Shown one piece after another: positions 45,550-55,634 of a stretch of DNA of 64,000 nucleotides; the stretch's first letter is position 1; each line of letters opens with the position of its first letter. Origin of the DNA: Candidatus Dormiibacterota bacterium. Its GTDB lineage: Bacteria; Chloroflexota; Dormibacteria; Aeolococcales; Bog-877. The notes under the pieces are model-generated. The model did not search any database. It saw only the letters and a program-made list of their open reading frames with translations, and had not been told where the DNA came from. Both the position numbers and the translations under genes were made by a program. The stretch spans positions 6,128 through 70,127 of the forward strand of contig DATLRH010000005.1 in assembly GCA_035534755.1 (NCBI GenBank), read 5' to 3'.

Positions 45550-46733
45550 TCCGAGACCTCCTTGTGGGCCAGTTCAGGGGGCAGCTGAGTTCCCCCGAGC
45601 CGGAGATCAGATCCGCGCTCCGCAGGATCGTCGATGACAACCCCCGTCGGCTGCCAGCGCAGCAGGGCTCCCCCCCAGGTGAGCCCGGCACCGAAGGCTA
45701 CCAAACAGACCAGGTCCCCGTCGTGGCAGCGTCCGAGTCGATCAGCCTCCGCCAGTGCTAGCGGAATCGAGGCCGACGAGGTGTTGCCCAGCCGCTCCAG
45801 GTTGCAGGCGAAGCGTTCGAAGGGCACGCCGAGACGGCCAGCGGCCGTGGCCAGGATCCGGGAGTTGGCTTGATGGGGGACGAAGAGGGCGATCTGATTG
45901 GGCTCCGTCCCCGCGGCGTCTGCCAATCGGAGCACGATCTGCTCCAAAATCTTGGTACTGAACCGGAATACCTCCCGCCCATCCATGTGGACGACCCGGT
46001 CCAGCGCCCGGCTCGAGGTCGCGTACTGGGGAAGAGGTTTGATGGGCGCCTGGTCGGGGGGGCGGTAGCGGATGGTGTCGAGCGCCGCGGCTCCTCCGCC
46101 GTCGGCGCCTAGATCGAGGGCGATGATCTCGGCCCCCTTCCCTCCCTGGGGGCCGACCACGAAGGCGCCAGCGCCGTCACCGAAGAGGACTGCAGTCGAT
46201 CGGTCGTTCCAATCCAGCACCCGGCTGAAGATCTCGGCAGCCACCACGAGCACGGTTCGGCTGAGTCCGGTCTGGATCATCGACTGAGCCAGGGCTATGC
46301 CGTAAAGCGCCCCGGAGCAGGCGGCCTGGACATCGAACGCGGCACCCTGCGGGCATCCCAACTCAGCCTGGAGCCGGCACGCCAGAGAAGGGAATGTGGC
46401 ATCCGGGGAGCTGCTCGAGCAGATCACCGAGTCAATCTCGGTCGCCTCCAGTCGGGCGGCCTCAAGCGCGGCACGGGCGGCCCGAGCGGCAAGCGCCACC
46501 AGCGTCAGGCCGGGTTCCGCCACCCGGCGCTCGCGGATCCCGGTTCGAGACTGGATCCACTCGTCCGAGGTGTCGAGGAAGGTCTCGATCTCGAAGTTGG
46601 AGACGGTGGTGCCCGGCACCGCAGTGCCGATCCCGAGCAGGCGACACCCGCTCGGACCGGGGAGCCGCCCGTTGCCGCCGACCACTCCAGCCCCTTCGTG
46701 CCCCGGCAACCCCACACGCATTGAAGGCCGCAA
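45546..46733 (-). CDS. fabH: 3-oxoacyl-ACP synthase III (FabH); true start probably ~46650
   Basis: …LLGIGTAVPGTTVSNFEIETFLDTSDEWIQSRTGIRERR…ACSGALYG…HQAN…GNTSSASIPLAL. 4-nt overlap with the fabF start. The first ~27 aa of the track ORF are likely an extension. Confidence 0.9.
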   Translation of the reverse strand: MRPSMRVGLPGHEGAGVVGGNGRLPGPSGCRLLGIGTAVPGTTVSNFEIETFLDTSDEWIQSRTGIRERRVAEPGLTLVALAARAARAALEAARLEATEIDSVICSSSSPDATFPSLACRLQAELGCPQGAAFDVQAACSGALYGIALAQSMIQTGLSRTVLVVAAEIFSRVLDWNDRSTAVLFGDGAGAFVVGPQGGKGAEIIALDLGADGGGAAALDTIRYRPPDQAPIKPLPQYATSSRALDRVVHMDGREVFRFSTKILEQIVLRLADAAGTEPNQIALFVPHQANSRILATAAGRLGVPFERFACNLERLGNTSSASIPLALAEADRLGRCHDGDLVCLVAFGAGLTWGGALLRWQPTGVVIDDPAERGSDLRLGGTQLPPELAHKEVSE

Positions 46734-46850
46734 GGGGCCATCTGGTTACGGGCTGAGTCACGATTAACGGCGGAGCCGTAACCTTGCGGGGTGCTCGGGG
46801 ACTCTGCTTGAGTCAGCGTCGACGTCGGAGCCGCCTAGGCTCGCGACGGC

Positions 46851-47738
46851 TTGAGCGGTGAGGTCGTGAGGGAGGAAGCGATGTCGGCAAGTCCCACCTA
46901 CTCCTCGCCCAAGGTCACCCCGGCCCAATCGGACGAGGTGGTCGTTTGCGCCGTCTGCAGCTCGAGTCAGTCCGCGGCCGAGGCGTCAGGCACCCTCTAC
47001 GTCTGCCCCGTCTGCGGTGCCCACGCCCGGATCAGTGCTCACGAGCGGGTCCGCCAGCTGGCCGACCCGGGCTCCTTCCACGTCTGGGACGAGAGGCTCG
47101 AGGGCCGGGACCGACTGGGCTTCTTCGATACCAGGGCCTACGTGGATCGTCTCGATGATGCGCGACTCCGGCAGCACCTCCCCGACGCGATCCTCAGCGG
47201 CGCGGCCAAGATCGATTCCCGGCCCATCGGATTGGCCGCATTCGACTTCGGGTTTCTGGGGGGGAGCCTCTCAACCGCAGTCGGCGAGAGGCTGGCGCGG
47301 GCCATCGAAGCCAGCGCCAAAGCGCGAATGCCTTTCGTCTGCGTCACCTCCTCGGGCGGAGCGCGGATGCAAGAGGGGGTCTTCTCGCTGATGCAGATGG
47401 CCAAGAGCGTCTCGGCCCTCCACGATCTCGCCGAGCGCCACCTCCCCTTCATCTCTATCCTGGCCGACCCGACCATGGGTGGCAGCATCGCCAGCTTCGC
47501 CGCCCTAGGCGATGTGATCCTGGCCGAGCCTAAGGCGATGATCGGCTTCACCGGCGCTCGGGTGATCACTCAGGCCACCTATGAGCAGCTCCCCGCTGGA
47601 TTCCAGACCAGCGAGTTCCACCACGCTCGCGGGCTGATCGACCAAGTGGTCGACCGCCGCCAGCTGCGCGCGGTTCTGATCCAACTGCTCCGGGTTCTTT
47701 CGGCTCCAGCGGGGGAATCCGACCAGTCCGCCGCATGA
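46851..47738 (+). CDS. accD: Acetyl-CoA carboxylase carboxyltransferase beta subunit
   Basis: N-terminal Zn-ribbon CAVCSSS…CPVCGAH. Carboxyltransferase core (GGSLSTAVGERLARAIE…VTSSGGARMQEG). Confidence 0.9.
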   Translation: MSGEVVREEAMSASPTYSSPKVTPAQSDEVVVCAVCSSSQSAAEASGTLYVCPVCGAHARISAHERVRQLADPGSFHVWDERLEGRDRLGFFDTRAYVDRLDDARLRQHLPDAILSGAAKIDSRPIGLAAFDFGFLGGSLSTAVGERLARAIEASAKARMPFVCVTSSGGARMQEGVFSLMQMAKSVSALHDLAERHLPFISILADPTMGGSIASFAALGDVILAEPKAMIGFTGARVITQATYEQLPAGFQTSEFHHARGLIDQVVDRRQLRAVLIQLLRVLSAPAGESDQSAA

Positions 47739-48571
47739 CCGGGGCTGAGCGCGACGGCAGCGCCAACGCTGAGGAGATGGCCTCAGCCTGGGCCCAGGTG
47801 GAGGGGGCGCGCCACCCCGACCGCCCCTACTCGTTGGACCTAATCGAGCGCTGCCTCGAGGACTTCATCGAGCTTCATGGGGACCGTCAGGGTGGCGACG
47901 ACGCCGCTGTCGTGATCGGACTCGCCCGACTCGAGGGGCGCCGGGTGGCGGTGGTGGCCAACCAAAAGGGCCGAACTCTGGAGGAGCGAGGGCGGCGCAA
48001 CTTCGGGATGGCCCACCCGGAGGGCTACCGGAAAGCGCAGCGCCTGTTCGCTCTGGCCGGCAGGCTCGAGCTGCCGGTTCTCAGCTTCATCGACACCCCG
48101 GGCGCGTACCCGGGAGTCGCGGCCGAGGAGCGCGGGCAGGCATGGGCGATCGCCCAAACCCTGGAAGCACAGCTGGCCCTGCCCACGCCTTACCTGGCGG
48201 TGGTCATCGGCGAGGGCGGCAGCGGCGGCGCGCTGGCGACTCTGCTCGCGGACGCAGTGCTCGTCCTGGAGCACGCGTTCCTCTCCGTGGCCTCTCCCGA
48301 GGCGGCGGCGGCGATCCTGTTCCGAGACGCTGGGCGGAAGCAGAGCGCCGCGGCGGCCCTTCGTTTGGAGGCCCAGAACCTGCTGGACTGGGGCATCGCC
48401 GACGAGATCGTCCCGGAGCCCCCGGGCGGCGCCCACACCGATTGGGACGGCACTGCCGCGCTCCTGCGGCCGCGGCTTTTGGCCCAGCTCGCCCGGCTGG
48501 CGAGCTTGGGGGTGGACCCTGGCCGCCGCCGCGAGCGGTACCGCCGGCTGGACGGGCTCTTCCAGCTCTGA
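47735..48571 (+). CDS. accA: Acetyl-CoA carboxylase carboxyltransferase alpha subunit
   Basis: 278 aa. RHPDRPYSLDLIERCLEDFIELHGDRQGGDDAAVVIGLARLEGRRVAVVANQKG…GEGGSGGALA. ATGA overlap with accD. Confidence 0.9.
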   Translation: MTGAERDGSANAEEMASAWAQVEGARHPDRPYSLDLIERCLEDFIELHGDRQGGDDAAVVIGLARLEGRRVAVVANQKGRTLEERGRRNFGMAHPEGYRKAQRLFALAGRLELPVLSFIDTPGAYPGVAAEERGQAWAIAQTLEAQLALPTPYLAVVIGEGGSGGALATLLADAVLVLEHAFLSVASPEAAAAILFRDAGRKQSAAAALRLEAQNLLDWGIADEIVPEPPGGAHTDWDGTAALLRPRLLAQLARLASLGVDPGRRRERYRRLDGLFQL

Positions 48572-48583
48572 ACCGCGGCTCTG

Positions 48584-50085
48584 CTAGGCCTCCGCCGCCT
48601 GGCGGAGGGCGCTCCAGAGCGCGGCGACATCCCCGGGACGGGTCCGGATGCTGCCAACCGAAGCGCGAAGTACCCAGCGGTCGCCCAGGACCGCATGGGA
48701 GATAAATGCCTCCCCGCTCAGATTGACCTTCGCCATGATCTGGCGATTGTGCTCGGCCAGCAGCGCCTCGCTGGGTCCCCCAGGGCCAAGATGGCGAAAG
48801 CAAACGGTGGCCATCGGGACGGGAGCGCTGAGTTCCCAGCCAGGTGTGGCCTCGATCCGGTCGCGCAACCAGTGAGCCATCTGCACGTGCTGCCGAATCC
48901 GCTCCGCCAGGCCCTCACTTCCGTAGTGGCGGAGCACGAACCAGAGCTTGAGTGCCCTCATCCGCCGCCCCAGGGATATCCCGAAGTCCATCAGATTCCG
49001 GGACCCGAATCCGTCCTCGCGCCCCGCCTCGGGCGTAGCCAGATACTCCGGCACCAGGGCGAAGGTCTGCTTGAGCAGGTCGGGTCGGCTGGTGTAGAGG
49101 ACGGAGCAGTCGAGCTGGGTAAACAGCCACTTGTGGGGATTGACCACTAAGGAATCGGCCAGCTCGGCTCCCGCCAGCACCGAGCGCCACTCCGGCACGA
49201 CCGCCATCGCCCCCCCGTGGGCAGCGTCAACGTGGAGCCAAAGGCGGTGCTCGCGGCAGAGCTCCCCGATCTCGAGAACGGGGTCGACGCTGGTGGTCGC
49301 GGTGGTGCCCACGGTGGCCACCACCGCCGCCGGCAGCCGCCCCATGGCGAGATCGCCCTCGAGCAACCGGCGCAGCGCCCGCACGTCCATTCGGAAGTCG
49401 GGGTCGACCGGCACGGGACGAAACCCTTCCCGGCCCAGCCCTAACGTGATCACGGCCTTCTCGACGGAGGAGTGGGCCTGCTCTGACGCGTACACCACGA
49501 TCTGGGGGAGCTCAGGTCTTCCCGCCATCCCGCGCTCCCGAATGTCCCGACCCAGGGCCTCGCGGGCTGCCGCCAGCGCCACCAAGGTGGAGGCCGAGGC
49601 GGTGTCGTTGATGTGGCCGTCGAAGCTGTCGGGAAGTCCCAACATCCGCGCCAGCCACTGGCAGACCACCCACTCCAGCTCGGTGGCCGCCGGGGAAGTT
49701 CGCCAAAGCATGGCATTGACGTTCAACCCCGCCGTGAGGATCTCGCCCAAGATCCCGGCTGCCGATCCCGAACTGGCGAAGTAGGCGAAGAAACGGGGAT
49801 GGGCCCAATGGGTGATTCCGGGCAGCACCAGTCGATCGAAGTCGCGCAGGATCTTGTCTACGGACTCACCTTGGGCGGGGGCGTCCCGGGGCAATCCCTG
49901 CACCAGCTGGCCGGGGACGGCCCCTGAGAAAGGAGAGAGTTCGGGCAATCGTTCCAGATATTCGGCCAACTGGTCGACCACGGCGTGGGCCAGGGTCCGG
50001 AACTCGGCTGGCTCCAGATCCCCGAGGAATCCCTCGACTTCGGGCTCTGGCTCGTCTCTGGAGAGCGCCGCGGCGCCACTCTCCG
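48584..50085 (-). CDS. Group II PLP-dependent decarboxylase (aromatic-L-amino-acid / tyrosine decarboxylase-like); start uncertain (no in-frame ATG near the expected N-terminus)
   Basis: Conserved blocks …EFRTLAHAVVDQLAEY…ITHWAHPRFFAYFAS…HVDAAHGG…NPHKWLFTQLDCSVLY (PLP-Lys). The track ORF extends to 50377 and would overlap metF by ~290 nt. The extension is low-complexity. Confidence 0.8.
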
Positions 50086-50087
50086 TA

Positions 50088-50900
50088 TCAGGCAATTGCG
50101 GCTGCGCGAGTCCGGTCGAACGCCTCGACGACCTCCCGGACGTGGCGCTCGGCTCCCAGGGAGATGACGTGGAGGCGCAGGCCAGGGTGACGACCGATCT
50201 CCGCTGCCAACTCGCAGGCGACCCCGATTCCGCCGCCGTCTCGGATCCGGGTGGCCAGAACTTCGGGGACGGGACAGTTGGGGATCGAGCGGCGGACGAA
50301 CTCCAGGTTGCGGGCCGCCCGAAGGATGCCGACGCTAGCGAATACCCCGACCTGGGGAGGGAGAACGGAACCCGCATCTTTCAGGAAATCGTCGAGCAGG
50401 GCGAGGTCGAACACCATCTGGGTCTGAATGAAGTCGACCCCGGCCGCGACCTTCCGCTCTAGTAGAGCCAGCTCGCGAGAGCGCTCCGCGAAGGGATTCA
50501 CCACCGCGCCTCGGAGAAGCCGGTTAGGAGCGGCCCACTCGGGCACCAGGCGCAGCACCTCGGTAGCCCGCATGGCCGAGTCGACCGCCAGCCCACCCCG
50601 ACGATCGCCCTGCACCACCAACACGCCGGCGGCGCCGAGGGCCGAGGCACCTGCCACCTGCTGGTGGAGGCCCAGCTGATTGCGATCCCGGCAGGAAAGG
50701 TGGAGCACGGGCCGGAGCCCGAACCGGAGACAGTCGGGGATCGCCGCCAGCGGCGAGAGCCGGGCTCTGCCCATGTGGTTGTCGGTCAGCCCGACCAGGT
50801 TGATCGCGCCATTGAGGTGGGTCAGCGCCCGCTGGACCAATACAAGGCTGGCGCCCCGGGGCATCGCGAGCTCGGCCGATCGGTGTGCAGTGGCTAGCAA
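50088..50900 (-). CDS. metF: Methylenetetrahydrofolate reductase (MetF/MTHFR family)
   Basis: 270 aa. …LSFEFFPPK-like start (AELAMPRGASLVLVQRALTHL), VLHLSCRDRN, …GVDFIQTQMVFD… colinear with bacterial MetF. Confidence 0.75.
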   Translation of the reverse strand: MLATAHRSAELAMPRGASLVLVQRALTHLNGAINLVGLTDNHMGRARLSPLAAIPDCLRFGLRPVLHLSCRDRNQLGLHQQVAGASALGAAGVLVVQGDRRGGLAVDSAMRATEVLRLVPEWAAPNRLLRGAVVNPFAERSRELALLERKVAAGVDFIQTQMVFDLALLDDFLKDAGSVLPPQVGVFASVGILRAARNLEFVRRSIPNCPVPEVLATRIRDGGGIGVACELAAEIGRHPGLRLHVISLGAERHVREVVEAFDRTRAAAIA

Positions 50901-50990
50901 GGTGCCGTCAATATATGGGACGTGCGAGATTCAGACGCGGCCCAACCTGTCGTTCGGCACCCCGGCCCACCCGCTTGACCGCCCCGCCGG

Positions 50991-51791
50991 GTGCAGCGAA
51001 CTCGCGGGTTCCCGGACCGCGAGCCCGCCACAGAACAATTGGCTGAAGCTGGGGTCGCCCCAGACCCGGCGCCCGCACTCGAGGAGTCCGGCATCCCCGT
51101 GCTCGAAGTTCGCCACCTGGGCAGGGCCCTGCCGCTGGGCGGGGAGAGGCTGGAGATCTTGCGTGACATCAACTTCGCCATCAGTCGGGGCGAGTTCGTG
51201 ACCTTGGCAGGGCCATCCGGGAGCGGCAAGAGCACCCTGCTTGGCTGCATCACCGGGCTGGATAGCCCTACCAGCGGCCAGGTACTGCTCAACGGCACCG
51301 ACATCTCCACGATGCGCGAGTCGCAGCTGGCGGGAATCCGCAACCGCACCGTGGGCATGGTCTTCCAGGCGTTCAACCTGATCCCCACCCTGACCGCCCG
51401 CGAGAATGTCGAAGTCCCCCTCTACGCCGGTAACTGGCGAGGCTCCCCCTCCGACCGCGCCAAGGAGCTGCTGGGGCTGGTCGGGCTGAGCCACCGCCTA
51501 GAGCACCGGCCCAACCAGCTCTCCGGGGGAGAGCAGCAACGGGTGGCGATCGCCCGCGCCCTGGCCACCGAGCCGCCTCTGCTGGTGGCAGATGAGCCCA
51601 CCGGGAACCTGGCCGCCGCCCAAGGCCGGGAGGTCTTGGATCTGCTCTGGAGCCTGCGCGAACGCCTCGGCACCACCTTGGTGATCGCGACTCACGATCG
51701 CACCGTGGGTGAGTATGCGACCAGGTGGCTGCAGCTGGCGGACGGGGCGCTGATCAGCGATAGCCCCGGGCCCCGGGCCGGATCCCGGTGA
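50991..51791 (+). CDS. ABC transporter ATP-binding protein (MacB/LolD/FtsE type); alternative GTG start at 51099
   Basis: Walker [13 protein letters not shown]-loop, signature [15 protein letters not shown], Walker [14 protein letters not shown]-loop ATHD. Confidence 0.9.
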   Translation: MQRTRGFPDREPATEQLAEAGVAPDPAPALEESGIPVLEVRHLGRALPLGGERLEILRDINFAISRGEFVTLAGPSGSGKSTLLGCITGLDSPTSGQVLLNGTDISTMRESQLAGIRNRTVGMVFQAFNLIPTLTARENVEVPLYAGNWRGSPSDRAKELLGLVGLSHRLEHRPNQLSGGEQQRVAIARALATEPPLLVADEPTGNLAAAQGREVLDLLWSLRERLGTTLVIATHDRTVGEYATRWLQLADGALISDSPGPRAGSR

Positions 51792-54526
51792 AGGCCGGGT
51801 TCTACCTCCGCTACTCGACCCGCTCCCTGCGCCGCGGCGGCAACCGGACTGTGCTGGCAGGGTTCTGCGTCGGGGTGGGGGTGATGGCCATCGTCGGCCT
51901 GCAGCTGGCGGCCGCCATGGTCACCAGCTCGCTCACCGCCAACGTCCGCAGCGCCAACGGGGGCGATGTCTCGGTGGTCTCGGTGGCAGTCCCCTTTCCC
52001 TCCAGTCAGCTGGCCCTGTTTCAGCGGCTTCGCCAAGAGCGGCAGATAACCGGCTTCACGGCGGTCCAGGAGATCGCGGGAACCCTGATCCGGCCCGGAG
52101 GGCAGGGGGTCTCAGTGACCATCGATGCGGTCGATCCGGCTCATTTCCCGCTCGTCGGAGATTTGCCGCTACGGTCGGGAGCCCTGGGGACGTTCCATCA
52201 ACTGATCTCCCGGCCCCACACCATGGTGCTCTCCGGATCTGTAGCCAGCCTCCTCGGCGTCGGGATCGGGCACCTGGTCAGCGTGAACGTTCCCCAGGCC
52301 CGGGGAGTGGTCAGGTGGACAGTGGGGGGAATCCTCTCAGGGTCCCCGCCCGCCGGGCTGAGCGACGACATCCTCGTCTCCGCGGCCCAGCTCAATGGAG
52401 TGCTCAGCCCGGGCGGTAAGCCGGAGTACGGGGCCGTCTACCTGACCACCAGGAACTCCTCAGCTGCAGATCGCGTGGCGGCCACGGTGCGAAATCAGAT
52501 GCCGCTGGCCACCGTCTCCACCGTCAAACAGGCGCTCAGCTCGGACAAGAAAGCCAGTCAGCAGCTCACCCAGTTCCTCTCCGTGGCCGGGCTTGCCGCA
52601 CTTCTGATCGGCGGGATCGGGATCGTCAACGCCATGCAGGTGAGCCTCGCCCGGCGGCGCCTCGAGATCGCCATGCTCAAGACGACGGGGTACCGGCGTC
52701 GAGACCTCTACCTTCTGTTCGGTTTGGAGGCGGCCCTGCTCGGGCTCATGGGTGGCGTCGCGGGCGCGGCGGCCGGGATCGCTCTGTCCGACGGTGTCCG
52801 AGTTCTGGTCCAGAACGTGGCCAGCGTGGAGATCAACTTCGTGCTGAGCCCGGAGGTGATCCTGGCCGGAGTCGGGATCGGGGTCGCCACCACCGGCATC
52901 TTCGCGATCCTCCCCATCGTCCGGCTCAGTCGGGTCAGGCCGATGGCGGTGCTCCGTGACATGCCGGGTGGTCCCACGGCCGGGGTGGTGGGCTCGAGTC
53001 TGGCCCTGCTCGCACTGGTGGGAGCTCTCTTCTGGCTTCTGGCGGCGGCGATTTTGGGTTCGACCTGGTTAGCCCTCTGGCTGGTGATCGGCACCGGGAT
53101 CGCCCTGGCACTCTTGACGGTGGTTTTCAGCGTGGCCCTCTGGGTTGTCGGCCGGCTCCCGGTACCCGAACGGCTGAGCCCGGCTTACGTGCTCCTGGTC
53201 GGGCTGGCGCTTTTGATCTCGATCGGAATCACCATGCTGGCCAGCCTTCGGGCCGTCGGCGCTCTCTTGATCGCCGCCTCCCTGCTGGGGTTCATCGTGG
53301 TCTACGTCCCCCGACCGGCGCGCTCGGTGATCCGCCTGGCTCTGCGCAACTCGGCTCGACAGCGCACCCGAACCGCAGCGACCGCGGTCGCTTTGTTCGT
53401 GGGGGTATTCGCAGTCGGCCTGATCCTGGTCCTGGGCACCGACATCCGAGGCGACCTGGACAGCTTCATCACCAAGGCGACCACCTACAACGTGATCGCC
53501 GTCGCCCCGAGTAAGAGCGCCGCGCCCCTCCTCAGGGCGGCCTCCCAACTGCATAGCAAGAGTGAGCTGTCCACATTGGCCGCGCTGACCGCGCCGGTCT
53601 CGATAAACGGCCGGCCCTTCCTCCAGCTGGGGACGGGCTCGGCGCACCGGGGCCGGGCCCAGAATGCGCTCTTCCTGCTCAGCGGCCTCCAGGGCTTCCC
53701 GGTGCAGAGCGGGATCCTGCCCCAGGTGGACATCACCAGCGGCCGCCAGCTTCGGGCCAGCGACGGGGTCAACAACGGAGTCCTGCTCAGCGCGTCCCTT
53801 CGCCTGGCTCCGTTCCACCTCAGGCCGGGCGACACGGTGACCGTGACCAATCCTTTCGCAAACCACCCGGTCTCGGTCGCACTGGACGTGGTCGGCTTTT
53901 ACATCCCGATCGTGACCAAAGGGAAGGGGGTCGCCTTCAGCACCACCGAGGCACCCATCTTGGGGCTCACCACGACGGCGCAGACCATCGGGGGCAGTGC
54001 GACCGACCAGGTTGTCGAGCTCAAGTTCCCCCCCAACCGCGCGTCAGCGGCGGCCACCCAGTTGCGTCGCGCCGATCCCTCGGCCCTGGTCGTCAACCTG
54101 GCCGACTTCACCCTGATCATCGACCAGTTCCTGAACAATGCCATCCTCTTCCTCACCGCCATCGCCTCCCTCGCCTTGCTCGCCGGGATCGTGATCGTGG
54201 CCAACTCGGTGGCCCTCTCCCTGCTCGAGCGGCGCCGTGAGATCGGCGTCCAGAAGGCGGTCGGGCTGAGCAACCGCGCCGTATACGTCCAGGTGCTGGT
54301 CGAGACGGCAACAGTCGCCTGGCTCGGGGCCACCTTCGGCATGGCGGCGATCGCGCTGGTGCTGGTTCCCCTGGGCAGGGTCGTGCTCAAGGTGACGCTG
54401 GGCATTCCGACTCCCCTGGCCCTCGCGCTCGTGCTGGGCGCCATCGCGGTTGCGGTGGGGACTGCTGCCCTGGTGGCGTGGCGACCGGTGCGCGTGCGCC
54501 CCCTCGAAGTGCTTCGCTACGAATAG
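51788..54526 (+). CDS. FtsX-family ABC transporter permease with two FtsX/MacB-type modules (10 TM, two large extracytoplasmic domains)
   Basis: 912 aa. Two repeats each ending with the characteristic 3–4 TM FtsX bundle (…AIASLALLAGIVIVANSVALSLLERRREIGVQKAVGL…). ATGA overlap with the ATPase gene. Confidence 0.85.
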   Translation: MKAGFYLRYSTRSLRRGGNRTVLAGFCVGVGVMAIVGLQLAAAMVTSSLTANVRSANGGDVSVVSVAVPFPSSQLALFQRLRQERQITGFTAVQEIAGTLIRPGGQGVSVTIDAVDPAHFPLVGDLPLRSGALGTFHQLISRPHTMVLSGSVASLLGVGIGHLVSVNVPQARGVVRWTVGGILSGSPPAGLSDDILVSAAQLNGVLSPGGKPEYGAVYLTTRNSSAADRVAATVRNQMPLATVSTVKQALSSDKKASQQLTQFLSVAGLAALLIGGIGIVNAMQVSLARRRLEIAMLKTTGYRRRDLYLLFGLEAALLGLMGGVAGAAAGIALSDGVRVLVQNVASVEINFVLSPEVILAGVGIGVATTGIFAILPIVRLSRVRPMAVLRDMPGGPTAGVVGSSLALLALVGALFWLLAAAILGSTWLALWLVIGTGIALALLTVVFSVALWVVGRLPVPERLSPAYVLLVGLALLISIGITMLASLRAVGALLIAASLLGFIVVYVPRPARSVIRLALRNSARQRTRTAATAVALFVGVFAVGLILVLGTDIRGDLDSFITKATTYNVIAVAPSKSAAPLLRAASQLHSKSELSTLAALTAPVSINGRPFLQLGTGSAHRGRAQNALFLLSGLQGFPVQSGILPQVDITSGRQLRASDGVNNGVLLSASLRLAPFHLRPGDTVTVTNPFANHPVSVALDVVGFYIPIVTKGKGVAFSTTEAPILGLTTTAQTIGGSATDQVVELKFPPNRASAAATQLRRADPSALVVNLADFTLIIDQFLNNAILFLTAIASLALLAGIVIVANSVALSLLERRREIGVQKAVGLSNRAVYVQVLVETATVAWLGATFGMAAIALVLVPLGRVVLKVTLGIPTPLALALVLGAIAVAVGTAALVAWRPVRVRPLEVLRYE

Positions 54527-54612
54527 CCCGTCCCCTCGCGGCGAGGCCCAGCTCTACGCGAGGGAGGTGGCTTCTCAGGGCTCGACCCTTGACGGTGGCG
54601 GCTCAGTCGTGT

Positions 54613-55113
54613 ATGACCCGTGCGAAGATCCCTTCCCGCCATTCCCTCCGGAGTTCCCAGAGCGGAGGCCCCTTGACTATCTCCTTAGTCCATAGCCGGC
54701 TCATCCGAACGCTCCTGGGGCCGCGGAGCCTCGGGCTGGTCGCCATCGGGCTCGCGGCGCCGGCTGGTGTCTTCACGGGGCTGGAGCTTGATCTGGCGGT
54801 GCGGTCGACTTCCCTCCAGCTGACGCACGGGGTGATCTATTTCTGGCCCGTCGTTCTGAGGCTGATCGGACTGGTGCTCGACCTGGCGGGGGCCGCCGTG
54901 GCGGTGATCGGCGGTGGTTTGATGTGCCTCAAGCACCCTACTGGTCGTCGCCTGGTGGTTGCCGCCCTGGCTGCAGGCATCGCAGGGGAAACGACCCTGG
55001 CGTTCGTCGATGAGGGGCAGTACACCCAGGCCTCCTCGACCCTCTGGGTCGGTCTGCTGGTGGGAGGCTATCTGCTACTCATCGCGAGCGCCTTGCTCGG
55101 ACGGTGGCGCTAA
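54613..55113 (+). CDS. Hypothetical 4-TM membrane protein
   Basis: Hydrophobic ORF (LVAIGLAAPAGVFTGLELDLAV…LIGLVLDLAGAAVAVIGGGLMCL…LWVGLLVGGYLLLIASALLG). Start trimmed to an internal Met. Confidence 0.45.
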   Translation: MTRAKIPSRHSLRSSQSGGPLTISLVHSRLIRTLLGPRSLGLVAIGLAAPAGVFTGLELDLAVRSTSLQLTHGVIYFWPVVLRLIGLVLDLAGAAVAVIGGGLMCLKHPTGRRLVVAALAAGIAGETTLAFVDEGQYTQASSTLWVGLLVGGYLLLIASALLGRWR

Positions 55114-55160
55114 CCCGTCCCCTAAGGGTGCGAGCCAGCTCCTTCCGGGCTGACCTGCGG

Positions 55161-55634
55161 CTAACTCGGGAGGAACTCCGTTTGCCTGGCGGTGGCCCTG
55201 CGCCCGATGCGCTCGGCCGCTGCCGCAATCAGGGCGGGGGCGACCATGCGAGCGGCCCGGGCTGCCAGGCTGGCGGCCATGGACCCTTGGCGACCCCTGT
55301 GGGGACGCCCCGAACCCGCCGGGAGAGCGCCTCCAGTGGCAGCCTCGGCAAGTAGCGCCTGGAGCCGGTCGCGCCATTCAGGTGGCATCTCCGCGATCCA
55401 GTCGCGGGCGTCCGGTTCGTCGCGGTGACGACGGCGCCGCGAGCGGGCGACATAGACCGTACCTACCAGGACCACCACGGCTATGCCGGCCGCCAGCTTG
55501 GGGCCGTCTCGGCGAAGCCGCTGGCGCGGGTCGAGGTCGCGGCGCAGGCGCGCCTCTAGGCGGTCAGCGCTCGCTTCAACCTGGCCCCGAGTCGCGGCTA
55601 CGGCTTGACGCGCTTGCTCAGTCGGCGTGCCCAC
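55161..55634 (-). CDS. DUF3618 domain protein
   Basis: N-terminus PTEQARQAVAATRGQVEASADRLEARL matches the DUF3618 start pattern (TxEQIRxDIExTRxxLxxTVDxL), followed by one TM. Confidence 0.6.
   Translation of the reverse strand: MGTPTEQARQAVAATRGQVEASADRLEARLRRDLDPRQRLRRDGPKLAAGIAVVVLVGTVYVARSRRRRHRDEPDARDWIAEMPPEWRDRLQALLAEAATGGALPAGSGRPHRGRQGSMAASLAARAARMVAPALIAAAAERIGRRATARQTEFLPS

Noticed and set aside
43990-45588. 532-aa plus-strand ORF
   Set aside because: Exactly antisense to fabF (44284–45549), which has unambiguous KAS-II motifs. The plus ORF is Arg/Gly/Pro low-complexity.
53069-53866. 265-aa minus-strand ORF
   Set aside because: Antisense to the FtsX permease. Highly charged low-complexity.
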